Part shown: piece by piece, positions 1 to 13,365 of the stretch
How positions within the stretch are numbered: the stretch's first letter is position 1
How the letters are laid out: every line of letters starts with the position of its first letter
Assembly (NCBI GenBank): GCA_051294905.1
Contig: CM119372.1
Location: forward strand, 27,406,001 to 27,470,000
Reading direction: 5' to 3'
Length of the DNA: 64,000 bases
From: Botryllus schlosseri
Taxonomy: Eukaryota
Notes under the pieces: generated by a model
What the model saw: only the letters and a program-made list of their open reading frames with translations
Database searches by the model: none
What the model was told of the DNA's origin: nothing
Program-made: the position numbers and the translations under genes

Positions 1-640
1 CCAGACGTCATTGCTGCATCACAATACCAATGTCACATACAATGCAACACTCGAGGCTTATTCTGGGGAGTTCCGGGACCACGAACAGAATAAATTTATA
101 TTTTCGCAATCAGTACCGGGTAGCTTTCGATTGATACTCGTTTTATGAAATTTAGGCTAATACACGACAAGCCGGACAAAAATTACCGTCAAATAGCCTT
201 CGACCAAATGGAAAGTATGACGTACACCAATTTCACTGAGCCGTGAGATTTGCGTGGTTGTACCAAACCACGGCATTCCGAGTCACAAAAGTCCTTCTCT
301 GATTATAACGTTTGACGTGACGAGTACGAGTAATTCTACAGAGGGTCGCGTCCAAGACCAAATCACAATTTTCAGTCACGAATCATCAACGGGTCATGTT
401 TTACTATATTAAACAAGTAATGTCACGTAATAGTTGATCTTCCACTTTGAAACTGATGTATTAGTGAAGTTTGATGAGTAGTTTCAGGCTTCTGGAGTAG
501 TTTTAGAGCGAATTTTAAGTCCTCAAAAACTGGTAGTAAAATATTGTCGAATACTTCGAAATCCAAAATGCCGTCGCGGGCCGCACAAAATGGTCTAGCG
601 GGCCGCATGCGGCCCGCGGGCCGCGTGTTTGAGACCTCTG
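1..640. mobile_element. Right-hand part of a non-autonomous hAT MITE, same family as 57544-60075
   Basis: Ends in GCGGGCCGCGTGTTTGAGACCTCTG. About 250-640 closely matches 59625-60075. Confidence 0.8.
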
Positions 641-844
641 AATTAGACGTAGGAATGGTATGCAGTTTCTATACATAACTAGAAATCTATAGTTGTTCCA
701 GTTTGTTAAATCATGACATTAACACTAACTTTATGCGCCGCGATCAACCGGTTTCCTTAATCCTGGGTTAATGAATCCTGACGAACGCGCTAATCGACTT
801 TATTGCTAATCCAACTTTATTATCTTCGCCCTAAATGTATCAAC

Positions 845-1583
845 TGAGGCAATTAAAGGATATAATACTCCCATAAAATCAATATTTTCCGTCGCTTTGC
901 CAACAATTTCGACGAGGACTTACCAGGGAACATAAACTTACGCCTTTTAACGGTCGAGACCAGACCGGACAATGTATTCGGCGTCTGAGTATCGCTACAT
1001 TGATATTGAGCTGAGTGTAAAATAGGTTTTTATACTTGCTGCAAATATTACCCCATTAAGAAGTTATACACTATTCAGCAGTGGCCAACACTTCAATCGA
1101 ACGGATTTGGTTTTAATGATGCAGTAAAGATACGAAGTCAAGATTGACCCCGTACGCCTGCTAGATTTTTTCATCAGAAAATGATATCAATTTCATTGAT
1201 TGGTTGAATAAGCATCATTCGCTGACTACGTATTTTGCTCGTGATGTTTTTGATTGCGGGTCAAACTCACAACAGAGTCACAAACGGAAACCTGGATATT
1301 TCCAGCAAACGTTTGTAACAAAGCAAGTAAAACATTTGAGATTGTCAAGGTGCATGCTCGTTTAATGTTGATTTTTAGTGCTGCCAGCGCCATGCATGGA
1401 GTGGCCCGCAGTTGAAATGCAATAAATATGAACTAAAGATGTTGTAATGAAGTGAAAATTGTAATATATGAAAAAGGTTCACACTGTAGAACCTACCAAG
1501 GTTCTGTTGTGAACGCGAACCTCTTAATTTCCGAGGTTCACACACAGAACGCGAACGTGAACCTCGCGTTCACATCATCCCTA
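845..1583 (-). mobile_element. Partial copy of a GTTCAC/GAACGTGA-rich hAT-like MITE (family of 61627-63756)
   Basis: Reverse-complement match to about 61627-62400. Terminus CATCATCCCTA. Confidence 0.7.
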
Positions 1584-1829
1584 GTATATATGTAATCTCA
1601 ACATGTCAGAAATATATCTCGTGTTTGCTGGGCTGAAACGGTTGTGATTCATCCGATGCAAGACCAATTAACATCCAGAGTTTTCATTCTAGCATACAAA
1701 TTCAATGGATCTATTCCTAAAGCACAACGGATAAAAAGTATTACTTGTGTTGTTGCGTTATCATCTTCAAAATATCACACACAATACAAATGCTGTATTC
1801 TGTGAAACACGCTATTGATTTGAGTCACA

Positions 1830-3920
1830 CCATAGATTCAAAGAAAATTTTACTCACTCGTTGCGTAACGGATATTGATATCCGTATGCATTGTTTTTCT
1901 AGATACAAATTATGTTAGTGTAGCAGAAAACAATTCAGTACAGCAGAAAACAATTTAGTGCAGCAGAAAACAATTTTCACTCGCTTGGATTTTGTAACCG
2001 CTTTGTGAATCTTCAGTCAATAGTTCGTTTTTTGTCAGATCCTCGTATTGCGAAAAGTAACCTTCACTCAAATGGTTGAGCTTTGCCATACTAAGCTTTC
2101 ATCTGTAAATTAGGATTACGACCAGCCTAAAAATCTGATACTGTATACAAAGCTGTAACTGTATCGGTAACTAGCCGAGTTGTAACCACAATTCAATATC
2201 GTCATCATTTAGCGATCGGTGAACATGTCAAATGAGAAACAACCAGTCCCGAACTACCGCGTTGATCTTAATTTTTGTCATCATGATAATCGAAGTACAT
2301 TTATTTCGAGCAAACGGCTTTTTACGACATGATAAAATTTGAAAAAAGTTATGTTTAGTAGATTGGTTTGCATATCGCGAAAAATTACATACCATTCATA
2401 TTGATACTGCTATTTTATTGACCGATATTTTGTTTCGTCAGTTATCGATTTTCTAACCAAGAAAATTTAATACTTCAGGTACTCGTCGCTTCGCTTACTA
2501 CATTTCAGATTTAGACCCCCCCCACCCGTCTCTCGGTATCAAAAATAACATCGATGATGAAATACACACAATCAACTGCGACAAGTATTACTCTTGTAGG
2601 AAACTAATGATTAACTCACACAACTCATTTCATATCAAAATTATGATGAAAAAATAATGAACATAAAAATCGATATTCGCATACTACGAAACCGCACAAT
2701 GATTGGTTACGCTTTCAAACTGTTTTGATATCTTAAGAATTTATGTTATGGATCCAAATCTGGCCCGCGAGAAGGCTTTGTGTGGCCTGCGAGGTAATTC
2801 TCGAAAATAGTTATAACATCAGGTAAAATTGCAACGCCTACCAAAATGTGAATACCCTGACCACAAATTCGATGATGACTAAAACATCAGTTCCGACGCA
2901 TTGGCGTAACCAAGGGTGAGCCATATTTATCGCAGATCTTCGTGTATGACCAATGACCATAAAGTAGGATACTTCGTAGCAGATTTAGTTGACTCGAAAT
3001 TTTTCTTAGCACTTTGCATGATTTTTTGTCACTCTATTTCTTGCCTGTAGTATTGGAACCCCTTCCTGAAAATTATAAATAGGTGTAATATACAGAATTG
3101 AGTCTAACTGTATTCACAATTAGGAGATAACGTGTCGTCCAACATACAATTTCGCTTGTGCGCTCGCAGCGAGATCATCGGCGATGAAACATTTGCACAA
3201 AATGATAGAGGCATGTTCACCGAATCCTTCGATATTGCTATGTCCAAACGCCGAATAATCATGTCCTTGCCAAATGAGCCAAGTGGTAGGTTTTACAGAG
3301 GCGACCCCTAATATATGCAAGTAACATATTTCTTGATCAAATTCATTCCTTACCTTCGAAAAAATTTCGCGCTTCGCGCGACCAGGATATGAATGCACAG
3401 TGGCACACTGCACAGTTGCACACAGAGTTTTCATGACATAATTCTTGTCAATTTTAAAGTGCATACTAATATAAGTCTTGTTTTCAACGTTACCTATTCC
3501 GGTTTGCTCCTATCGGACGACTAAAAAAGGTCATCAACATGAACTGGCCCGCGAAATGGTTCGTAAAACTCATGTGGCCCTTTGACCGAAAAGGTTGGCC
3601 AACCCTGGTATGGATGGACGTCGGTGTATCCAAATTAAAATAGCTTAAAACAGAACAAGTAGCCTACTTACAGGAAACACCAGAGTTCTTTACACAAAAT
3701 TTGCATGTGTACAATATGTGTTAATCGCGCGTAAGTCATACACATGGATACTATCTATCTAAGTTCGGTTAACGGAAATTTATTACGCCAGCGTCGCGCC
3801 GTCTTTCGTATAACAAAACCAGTCACTGGTTAAACGATCTGTCGATATCATAGAAATAATCATCACTCCAACGAAATAGTACATATGTTTTCGAGTCACG
3901 TCTAGTAAATCTTACACATG
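1830..3920 (+). repeat. Old diverged relative of the giant-palindrome arm (colinear with about 40105-41230), interrupted by a MITE
   Basis: Many colinear shared blocks, e.g. TGTAACTGTATCG, TGATAATCGAAGTAC, TACGACATGATAAA, GCTTTCAAACTGTT, GAAACACCAGAGTT, GTACATATGTTTTC. Confidence 0.75.
2754..3607. mobile_element. hAT-Charlie-like MITE with the 5' TIR lost
   Basis: 3' end AAAAGGTTGGCCAACCCTG. Flanks TTATGGAT/GTATGGAT (7/8 TSD match). Related fragment at about 19395-19550. Confidence 0.6.
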
Positions 3921-4839
3921 CTCGTTGTTGTTGTTTATTGAACAATTGCCTAATCAGGTTATTTGCGCCATGATCATGACAGTAGTCAGTGTCTTCGCCT
4001 TTGTACTCTTTTCCGGAAGACTTCCAGCTACGCATCCATTCACCCAGCAGTTTCTCTCGCTTTTCATGCGCCCGTATAACTTGTTCTCTGCTGCCGACTT
4101 TTTGGCACGGCTCATCATCATTCTGGAATTTTTTGAAACACTGCTATAGCAATGGGTTGGCGATGAGGAGTCCAGATAAACCTCCGACACATAGAAGTTG
4201 GTCTGAACGGGGATTCGAAACACTGCCAGTGGTGTCGTGACTCCAGAATTTCTACCTAAGTGTTGGAGGTTTAGCTAATCCCCTCCTCGCCATCTCATCC
4301 GCGTGAGCAGATTATTACTAAAGCCTGGAAGTGGGCCGTGCTACAAGTCGGCAGATACGGAATCAAAAATAAGGAATATCGGCCTGGTGTAAATGACCGT
4401 AATAGTCGACAAACACCATGAATACAACAAACAACAACTCTTGGAATTTCGACCAAACACTACCTGAATTACTTTGGTTAGAATCCTGCAATTAATGATA
4501 CTATTGTACAGATATTTATTGGATGATTACCCGCTTAAAGAATCAGGGTTAAAACGGAAAGTGGCAATTTGCTATCAAGCTATGACCGAAAGTCGATGTT
4601 ATTCTTGTTAACGATCGGTGAGGGGGGTTGATCATAGTAATAGGGTTACCATATTTCCTGGCTCAAATTTCGGATACTCATTAGCGCCCACTAGTGGGTA
4701 ATAAATTGAGGTATGGGCACATTGTCTGTCAATATGACGTCACACTGTCATAGCTTTGCCTATCAACTGTATACAGGAGTGGAACATAGGTCATGAATTG
4801 AGCCATCTCTAATGCGAGCTCTGCGATGATGCTGTAGCG

Positions 4840-6285
4840 CAGCGGTTCTCAACCGGGGGTCCGCGGACCCCTAGGGGTCCGCGAAGCAATTTCAGGGGGT
4901 CCGCGAGACCTCTAAATTTTTAAAATGGTTGATAACCTAAGTTTTATTTTATTTTTTAATTTGAGAAAGCATGAGGCAGTTTTGCACCACAACTGCTAAA
5001 ACCTCATGAGTCATATCATCGTAGTAATCGTCTGACATGAACTGTCGTCTAGTTGAAAATCATCTTCATTGGCAATTTTTCAATAACCTGCTGATACAAA
5101 CATATTGCTGTTTAAAGACGTTTTGTTTGGGTTTGTGTAAAAAATAAAAAATGCGGAGATAACGTCAATCAGGGTAACTTCGTAATGTATGCGAAATCTT
5201 CTCGATGCGAAGTTGTCAGTCTCATAAAATTAGTGAACAAGTCGTTTGAAACAAAAATTTCTGAAGTATTTCCCTAATTTGTCCCAATGCAGGGATTGAA
5301 ACCTCGCCACGAAATCCATTTTATCCTGTAATATACATAACCACTATTTGAACAGCTTCTTGGCGGTACAGAACTTCAATATACAATTGAATAGTATATT
5401 CATATTGAAATGAACCCGAGTATTTTCAGTTGACACTCGTCATAAATCATACAAGGATATACCTGCCCTTAAAGCTCGGCTATCAGATTTGGCACATTCT
5501 TTTTGCGGATTCCCTATCGACAAGGCTGTTTTTTTTTTATGAACAATGAGTGTTTCGTTGCTATCAAAGCATTACGCTCCTGAAATTCATATCACCAGTT
5601 ATATTGGTATGTAGCCTTGTCTTGTTAATGTTCAATTGTTCATGGTCGAAAATGTTTGCTCGTAAATATGTATGTAAACCCGAACATAACAAGTCGTTTA
5701 TTGACAGCCTTTCTCAGGTTGGAAAACTTGGATCCATTTTGGCGCATAAAATTTGTCTACACTTTTAGATTAGGATTTCACTTTGACGGTAGAAACTCTC
5801 TGCGGCTCATGATCCGTATGTTACCAGTCCCTGCGCTAGATGCTGGACGTGATATGTTCATAAAATATATGTTTCTTCATTTTGGTGCCATAAATATATT
5901 GCGATCACACCAAAATTATCGTCGGAAGCGTTATGCGTTAATATTGCATTAGCCTCCATCTATCTTTGCGGAAATGGTTTTCGGCAGTCCGCGTTCATAT
6001 CAAAACTATGACACGGACTTTCAAGACACGACCACGTAGGCTACCTCAAGAAATACAGCAGCAAAATTAGCTTTGAAATAATAAAAGTCTACCAATTTCA
6101 ACATAAATGGCATGAGGTTATTTTGAAGAAAGATCATTATTTTGCTGTTTATCACAAGCCTTTGCTCAAGGCAGATGAAGTTTGCACCATAATAGAGCTA
6201 AAATTGAACTAAACCCTGAGGGGGTCCGCGAGGGTCCGTGACGATCAAAAGGGGTCCGCGAAGCCAAAAAGGTTGAGAACCACTG
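4840..6285 (+). mobile_element. Non-autonomous hAT-Charlie MITE
   Basis: TIR CAGYGGTTCTCAACC. Perfect 8-bp TSD CTGTAGCG at 4832-4839 and 6286-6293. Confidence 0.9.
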
Positions 6286-6513
6286 CTGTAGCGTATTCTC
6301 ATTTGGTCTGCCACAGCCGCAGATGTCTTTACGGGCCGGATGAAATCGACTGGTGGGCCGTTTCCGGCCCGCTTGTGGTGGATGATGACTTCGAAAATGC
6401 ACTGATCGTTAAGTCATGTTCATGTCACACGAATATAGCTATTTCTGAGCCGAAATGACGGTTCGCACCAATAGGTTGCACATCCGGTTATTTCCATCTT
6501 CTATGGTCTCGAC

Positions 6514-7026
6514 TAGGGCTGGGCACAATGATTCGAGTACTCGAATCTGAATCGAGTAAAATGATTCGAGTCGAGTAGTAAAATACGATTTTTTCGAGTA
6601 CTCAAATTATACGCTTCTCACCACTGAAAGTTAATTTATCAACGTGAAATATAGTTTCGATACTAGTTTCCACTGTTGAAGCCTTGAAACCTCGATTGGC
6701 GGTAACGTAGCATACGAAACATAAAGTACAAAGCTACGAAGGTTACTGAACGTAGCACATTTCCGAAGTCATGATTATCCCATAACATTGTCGCCAAGTG
6801 GAATAAAATCGGTATGGTCGAAAACATACCATAGTATCATTTATGAGATGGATAACAGGCATTATTATATTCTTTGTGGCGGCATAAACGGTACATATTT
6901 GAACTTTGAGGTATTACATACTGTTATGACGTCATAATTAGTGATACTCGATTACTCGACTCGACTCGAAGCATATTATGTGATTCAGAATTGAATCACT
7001 CACATACTCGAGTTTGCCCAGCCATA
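6514..7026. mobile_element. Non-autonomous hAT MITE
   Basis: Ends TAGGGCTGGGCA...TGCCCAGCCATA, CTCGAG-rich subterminal repeats, TSD GTCTCGAC at 6506-6513 and 7027-7034. Confidence 0.9.
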
Positions 7027-7216
7027 GTCTCGACTCCATTGCCAATTTGAAAATGTTCCGTGGCCCAGTTTCAAATTATATAAGCTGATTACTAAAAAAA
7101 AGGTCATTTCCTTCACACAGACTTCATCACGGTCTATTTTGGAAGCTGATTACGTTCAATAACTTCGCGATCTTCAGAATAAAGGCCACGTTTGAAACCA
7201 CTGTCTTTGACTAAAG

Positions 7217-8467
7217 CAGTGGTTCTCAACCTTTTTCACGTCGCCGACCGGTCAAATTTCAAAAAATGTCCGGCGGACCGGTGAACTTTCAAAATTGAAA
7301 TGAAGCCAAAATGTAAAGTATGCATCCGTTTTTTTAACTATATGGTGCTACAGAGTGACATTTAGGGGGTTTTGATCGTAGTTAATTCGTTTTGGATGGC
7401 ATCCGTATGATTTTATGGCAGTGAGTCTGCTGAGTCGAGGTAAAATTGTCTGGTCAAGATAAACGTGCTACCACCGAGTGTCGTTTACAGTCTTTCGTGC
7501 CGAAGGCGTGGGTTTAACTGACCACCCCAACGCGAATAATATTCTTGTCTTTGACAATACCGAGAGAAGAAGCGTTTCGGAGTAGAAGCGAGCACCTTGT
7601 CGTGCTACCTTGCTCATTACCCACTGTCACCAAACGCAGGCTACTGTAACTACGAATACCATGCGTGCCGCAGAAAAAACACCTTACAGCAGCTATACCG
7701 GCCATACGCAAATCCGGGCCGAAAAATTACTTCGTCAGCATACCCCAAAAATACGTTGGTCTCGGGCCCCCACAGGGCGATAAGCCAAAGTTTCGGGGGA
7801 TTTGCTCCCGGACCCGATAGTTGGGCGGATTAATTTCACCTGCACTTGTGCGCACATTCATTCTACTCAGTGCAAGCAAAGAGTTTATGTTGCTTAAACG
7901 CGACAATAGCAAAAATGTTCGATCATTCATGACTGAATCGGTTTTCTCGCTGCCGAATTTTTGGCCCAACTTTCAGAGTCCCATGTTAGCATAAACTTCA
8001 TTATGCGTTGGTTCGTCGTGGCGCGGTAATGACTGACGTCGCAATGCAGAGTTCTATCCTATCTTGCGTATTTCTCGGAGAAGGGCAACTATAAGCAAAG
8101 CATTCAGTGACATTGACTCGCGCAAAGCGCGAAAAGAAATTGAAAAGTGTTGGAAAAAGTTTCAAAAAATACGTTCTGATTTATACTCATTTGCAAAATA
8201 ATTTTGGGCCATTTTCAGGCTCGTCCCTTCTCCAATTAAGCGGTTTTGAGTGCCACAGTGACGGTCCTGTACAAAATGAATCAATCAAAACGAATGATCG
8301 CGAAAACTGCGCTGTTTAGCGATGGGTCAGCTCGTATCTCTATTGTGTTTGTCGCGTTCAACATTTCATTTTGAAATTACGGTAAAAATTGTAATATACG
8401 TGGCGGACCGGCAGGAATGTCGTCGCGGACCGGCACCGGTCCGCGGACCGGCGGTTGAGAACCACTG
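7217..8467. mobile_element. Non-autonomous hAT-Charlie MITE
   Basis: TIR CAGTGGTTCTCAACC. TSD GACTAAAG at 7209-7216 and 8468-8475. Confidence 0.9.
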
Positions 8468-8959
8468 GACTAAAGCATCCATACGGCATTAACCGACTCC
8501 AAAAAATTTAGCCCTCTTCAAGCCTTCAAAATTCTGGACATTTAAGCATATTTCAGAATTTCCTCCCGGACGCAGTTTGAATAGTAAAATTGCGATCAGT
8601 TCGGGAAATTCCTGTCGTATGGCAACCTTACAATATAACCGCACTAATTTCTTATTATCCTGTCACCCAGCGCAGGTTTTGGGTCATTATCACCCCACTA
8701 ATATCTCACCACGGATCTGAACTACACAACATTTTGTCGCCGATCGTGAGGGTCACCAATTCACAGGTTTTGACCGACAAAGCCATCAGCGAAAGATTAC
8801 CTTGCCACCGATCCCTATACCTATACATGCAGTCAGGCACCTCATCAGCGATCCATATGTCCGAAAGGGTCACCAGGTCACCCAGGCTTTCACCGGCATC
8901 ATGTCACCGCACCCCTCTGACGCCCTGTCAGTCTGCCACCGATCTACTACTACTCACGA

Positions 8960-9878
8960 ACAATTTCAGGGGTCCGCGACACCTCTAAATTTGCAAAATG
9001 ATTGATAACTTAATTTGTATTTTTTTTATTAGGGAAATCACGACGCTGCAGTTTCGTTTCATAACTGTTAAAATTTCAGGACACGTATCAATAGCAATGC
9101 CTTCTGAAATGGAACATCCTACTGTGCAAACTCAATTTACTTGTAAAATTCCGAATTGCCTATTGATACAAATAACATATTGTCGTTTAGAGGTGTTTAG
9201 TTCGAGTTTGTGGAAAAATAAAAGTATAGTGTAGTATGGTCAAACAGGGTGACTTCGAAATGATTGCAAAACATTTCGGATTAGCAGTTGTTAGTCTCAG
9301 CATATTAGTGAACAGTAGTTTGAAATAGAAATTCCTGCCGTTTTCTCGTAATCCATCCCAATTAATGAATTGAAATCGCACCACGGAATCCATTTTCGTC
9401 TGTAATATACATTACCGCTATTCCAAAATAAGGTGAGGTCAAGGTGCTGAGCTTCGGGTGCTGCTAAATGAAATGACTAAAGGCTGGATGTTCAATAAAA
9501 AGTTTTTTCCTGTATTTTGACGCCATATATGTTGCGACCATACCTAAAGGTGTCGTCGAAAGCATTACGCGTTAATATTACCTTCGGCATCGCCTATTTT
9601 TGTGGCAGTGGATTTTCGACACTCGTTTATGTCAAATCGACGGCATGGATTTTCAAGACACGGCTGCGTATTTCTACCCAATTTCTACATATAGGAAGAT
9701 GATACTTTCAACAATGTCCTTTTGTTGCTGTTTATCACTAGCCTAAAGCTAATATTGGCACAAGACAGATGACTGTTGCACGATGATTGAGCTAAATTTG
9801 AAATGAATCTTGCGGGGTCCACGGGTGTCCGTGTCGGAGCAAAAGGGTTCTACGAAGACAAAAAGGTTGAGAACTACT
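8960..9878 (+). mobile_element. 5'-truncated diverged copy of the 4840-6285 MITE family
   Basis: Colinear similarity (CAATTTCAGGGG-TCCGCGA ... AAAAGGTTGAGAAC). Confidence 0.7.
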
Positions 9879-10216
9879 ACTCTAGTCATTATTACCTAAA
9901 ACAATGTGAAATAGACATCAATTTGCGAAAGATTAGAAGAGTTCACTCATAACAATGGGTTTTAGGAGAAAATGTACCAAACGGTAATTACTGTCAGAGG
10001 CTCAAAAGGTCCCCGGCCTCAAAAATATATTAGGTGTTTACCCCTCAAATGTGCACTTTGCAAGTATGTTGGTTGGGATAATATTGTATTTAGACTTTCT
10101 TGAAATTGGTGAGATGAATCATTGAGGTGACTTGAATCAGAATCGTATCCGTGGGAACCCGAATAGCAGTGAACTAAATTCGACGAGTCATGCATTTACA
10201 AATGCATGATTGATTA

Positions 10217-11686
10217 CCTGGGCAACAATTTTGAACGAAAAATTTGTTGACTTTGATTTTGTACTTGATTTAGGCTAATTTTGGCGTGTTGATTCTAAAA
10301 ATGCCACTGGTTTTCTTTTATCACGTCAACTTTTTGCTCTACGACATATGCCCAAAATATGCAAATTTTCACGAATTTTGTCGTATTACTTTTCCATATT
10401 ATATAAAAATCCACACTTTTACCATATAATAAGTTATATAGTCAAGGGCTCGATTGACACACATATTTGATGCAAACTGCAGGGTATGGCAAGAAAAATA
10501 CACATGACATTTACTGTCAGCTATAGGTCCAATGCCACATTCAGATTATCGAGTGTAACCTGAAACTCATATACGCGCGATAATTTGGATCAAGATCTTA
10601 GGGATAGCAGGCCAAATGATGAAGATTTTGAAATCGAAGATGATATAAAACGTAGAGTAGTCCATCAACACGAGTTAATGATCTGACATAAGCTTTGGGA
10701 CTTGGAATAGAAATGTTCCGAACTTTTAACATCCTTATGAAGTGAGAAAACATTACATGGCTAGGTAGAGAAGGTATTTCACATTCGATCAGGAGAAACA
10801 GTCTTTTCTTCGTAAGCCTATACTTTCGATAGCTTTGTGTATTGCCGTGATACTGGCATTGACATGATACCGTTACCATGGAATACTGGTGAAGTTAGGA
10901 ATCCCGACTTACAAGTCAAGTGAATGGAAAATGCCTATAGGTAGCTCAAAAAGGATCCTAAAGTGTGCCATTCTCCAAAATGGCGATGTCTTAGGTGCAG
11001 TAACCAATGTACACTCAGTTAATCTTCGTGAATAATACAGAAAAATTAAGAGTAATACTGAAACATTGAATTATTGCAATATCACGAGCACGATTGGATC
11101 ATATGTGTCAGCTTTGAAATATTGCGTTTTCTATAGTGGTCAGACAATAAGGTTGCCCATGTAACCCTGATACACATGTGTCACTGCCATAAGTTTATGT
11201 CGGACAGCAGATATTCAAAAAAGCTAAAATATCTAAAAAATTTCCCTAAAAACCTTGACATAGTCAGAGATTGACAAGGAGAAAATGTTTCGCAACATCT
11301 GAAGATGATGGGGCTGAGATACCAGAGTAGATTGGAGCTTACATATGTCAGCTGACTATTGCTCGAGAATGAAACAAGACAACCTAGAGATTTATAGGTT
11401 ATTAGCGTAAATTTGGACCGTGGAACTCGCACTTTATTTGTCATGTAGAAGCAATATCAGTTTAAATCAACCAGATAAAGCAGTGCAAATTTTTATTTGA
11501 AGTCTTTTGATTTACTTTCGACTGCTTGTAGTTTTTGAAACGTTTTATACAATAAGCACAAAATATTTAAAATAGTGCTATTATGTGGGTTATGAGACAA
11601 TGTGGTGGATGCTTAACTCAAAAAATTGACATAATATAGAGAAAAACGACAGTCGTTTTTGAATTCAGCGTCCACAAGTTAGTCAA
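10217..11686 (+). mobile_element. Chapaev3 (CMC superfamily) deletion derivative with transposase remnants, copy A
   Basis: Starts TTA|CCTGGGCAACAATT. Degraded peptides match Chapaev3 transposase motifs (HSVNLRE.Y, YHEHDWIICV, FPKNL...HLKMM.LRYQ). Reverse-complement homologue of copy B. Confidence 0.7.
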
Positions 11687-12333
11687 GGCATTTTCATTAT
11701 CCGAGATTAGCACCATTGCTGTTACGCAACAAATGACAGCGAAAACATGGTATTCATGTTATTTCAGTGGTTCAAAAGGAACAATGAAAGCATACAATGC
11801 GCCCACGCTGTCTTATTAACAACTTGTATTATTAGTTTTTGTTAATTTGACATGCTCTCTCGATGCGGTGTTGAAAGCCATGGTTTTTGGGTGGTCTGCA
11901 CAATTTGTTGACACCGCATCTCGTTGATTACCACAGTGGGAAAGATGTGAAATGATGGCGTGTCAAGATCTGATAGGCTAGACTTTCGTCCGTAGATTGA
12001 TTGATTGAATTTGAATTACGTTAATAGAATACCGCGAAGCGTTCCGCACCTTTGCCACTATACCCATTAAAAGACATATATTTCATTACTTACCGTGAAA
12101 ATACCCACAATAATTATAGTCTGCGGATAGGATGAGGCTCCCTGCTACATGTAGCCCAAACGATTGGCTTCAACTTTGCAGTCAATACAATATTTATAAT
12201 TATTCCTGGACTTAATAGATGAAGGATTGAATTATTGTCGTATTATTCCGTTTTGCTCAATCTTTTCTCCGTTTCGTTTGGTCTAGAGTAGACAGCGAAA
12301 ATATTAATTGGTTTAGAGTACTGGATAGTAACT

Positions 12334-13365
12334 ATGACAGAAACGACTTGGCAAGTGACGCATGGTGGCCTGTCGACGACAATGGTGACTGGACTGAACA
12401 CGGCGTATGTCTCCCAGCATACATCGACTGACGATTTTCCAACAGGCGGACTGGAGGCTATTAACATTATCATTCTGCCGGCAACAACTTGGACGATAGC
12501 AAACCTGCTTGCGTACGGAAGGGCGGAAAGGAAATTTAAAATAAACACCGACGACGGACGGCTGTACATACTTTGCGCCATTTCACTGACTTTGGGATTA
12601 AGTCGATTATTTGTGGATATTGCCATGTTTCATGTTGAGTTAACTCCTACAACATGCGAAGTAATGGCTGATGCGAGCGCTGTTTTAGAAGGCGTCGCGT
12701 TATTTCCGGTGTTTATATTTCTGTGGTATCGCCAATACGCCATATCTACCAATCCAATTGTACAACCATTCGTACCCAAGACGGTTAAATTCATAAGCTT
12801 GTTCGTACTGCTGGATATCATAGCTTCAACGATTATATTGTTCTTCATAAACGTTGTCCCAGTCTGTCACAATATGTTGCCTTAATACGGATGTTCCGAA
12901 ACCTCACAGTACGAGAGTTCCTCAAATCGGAAATTTTATTTTTTGCCGATAATAACTATTTCATTCCTATTGTTTGGTCAAGTTTTACTGTTATTCCTCT
13001 TTGTCTATCCAATTTACGTCATGAAGAAGAAACATAGTCGATGTGTTCGCTTCCGAGAACGTAACGACGACTCAACTTTAAAAAAGGCTAAGAGATGCTT
13101 GATTTGTTTCGTGATCGTGATATTGACTGACATTGGCGTAACCGTCTTCAATATTCTACCCTGGTTTCCCCCTACTCATACCGCTCAAGCCACTTTAAAG
13201 AACCTTGATATATGGATTAATCAGGTCACAATTTTAGCAACGTTCAATTGCTTCGGGACTTTAATGCGCTATTTAGTATACCGTCGCAGACAGACCAATA
13301 GACAAGCAAACGAAGGAATTGGCAACGAAGGGGTAGCAGGGACGCCACTGGTCGGTACACTGTAA
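12334..13365 (+). pseudogene. Intronless 7TM/GPCR-like membrane protein (343 codons) with one in-frame TAA at 12883-12885
   Basis: ORFs 12334-12885 and 12943-13365 are in the same frame and the gap between them is open (YGCSETSQY...). About 7 hydrophobic segments, Cys before TM3 (TTCEV) and in ECL2, FLWYRQ at the end of TM3. Confidence 0.75.

Noticed and set aside
3925..4400. Hydrophobic ORF fragments resembling another 7TM pseudogene (similar case at 27347-27610 on the minus strand)
   Set aside because: Multiple stops and no diagnostic motif.
4641..8630. Outer MITE (TAGGGTTACCATA...TATGGCAACCTTA) enclosing three MITEs
   Set aside because: The TIR-like ends are plausible, but the flanks match at only 5/8, so the pairing is not established.
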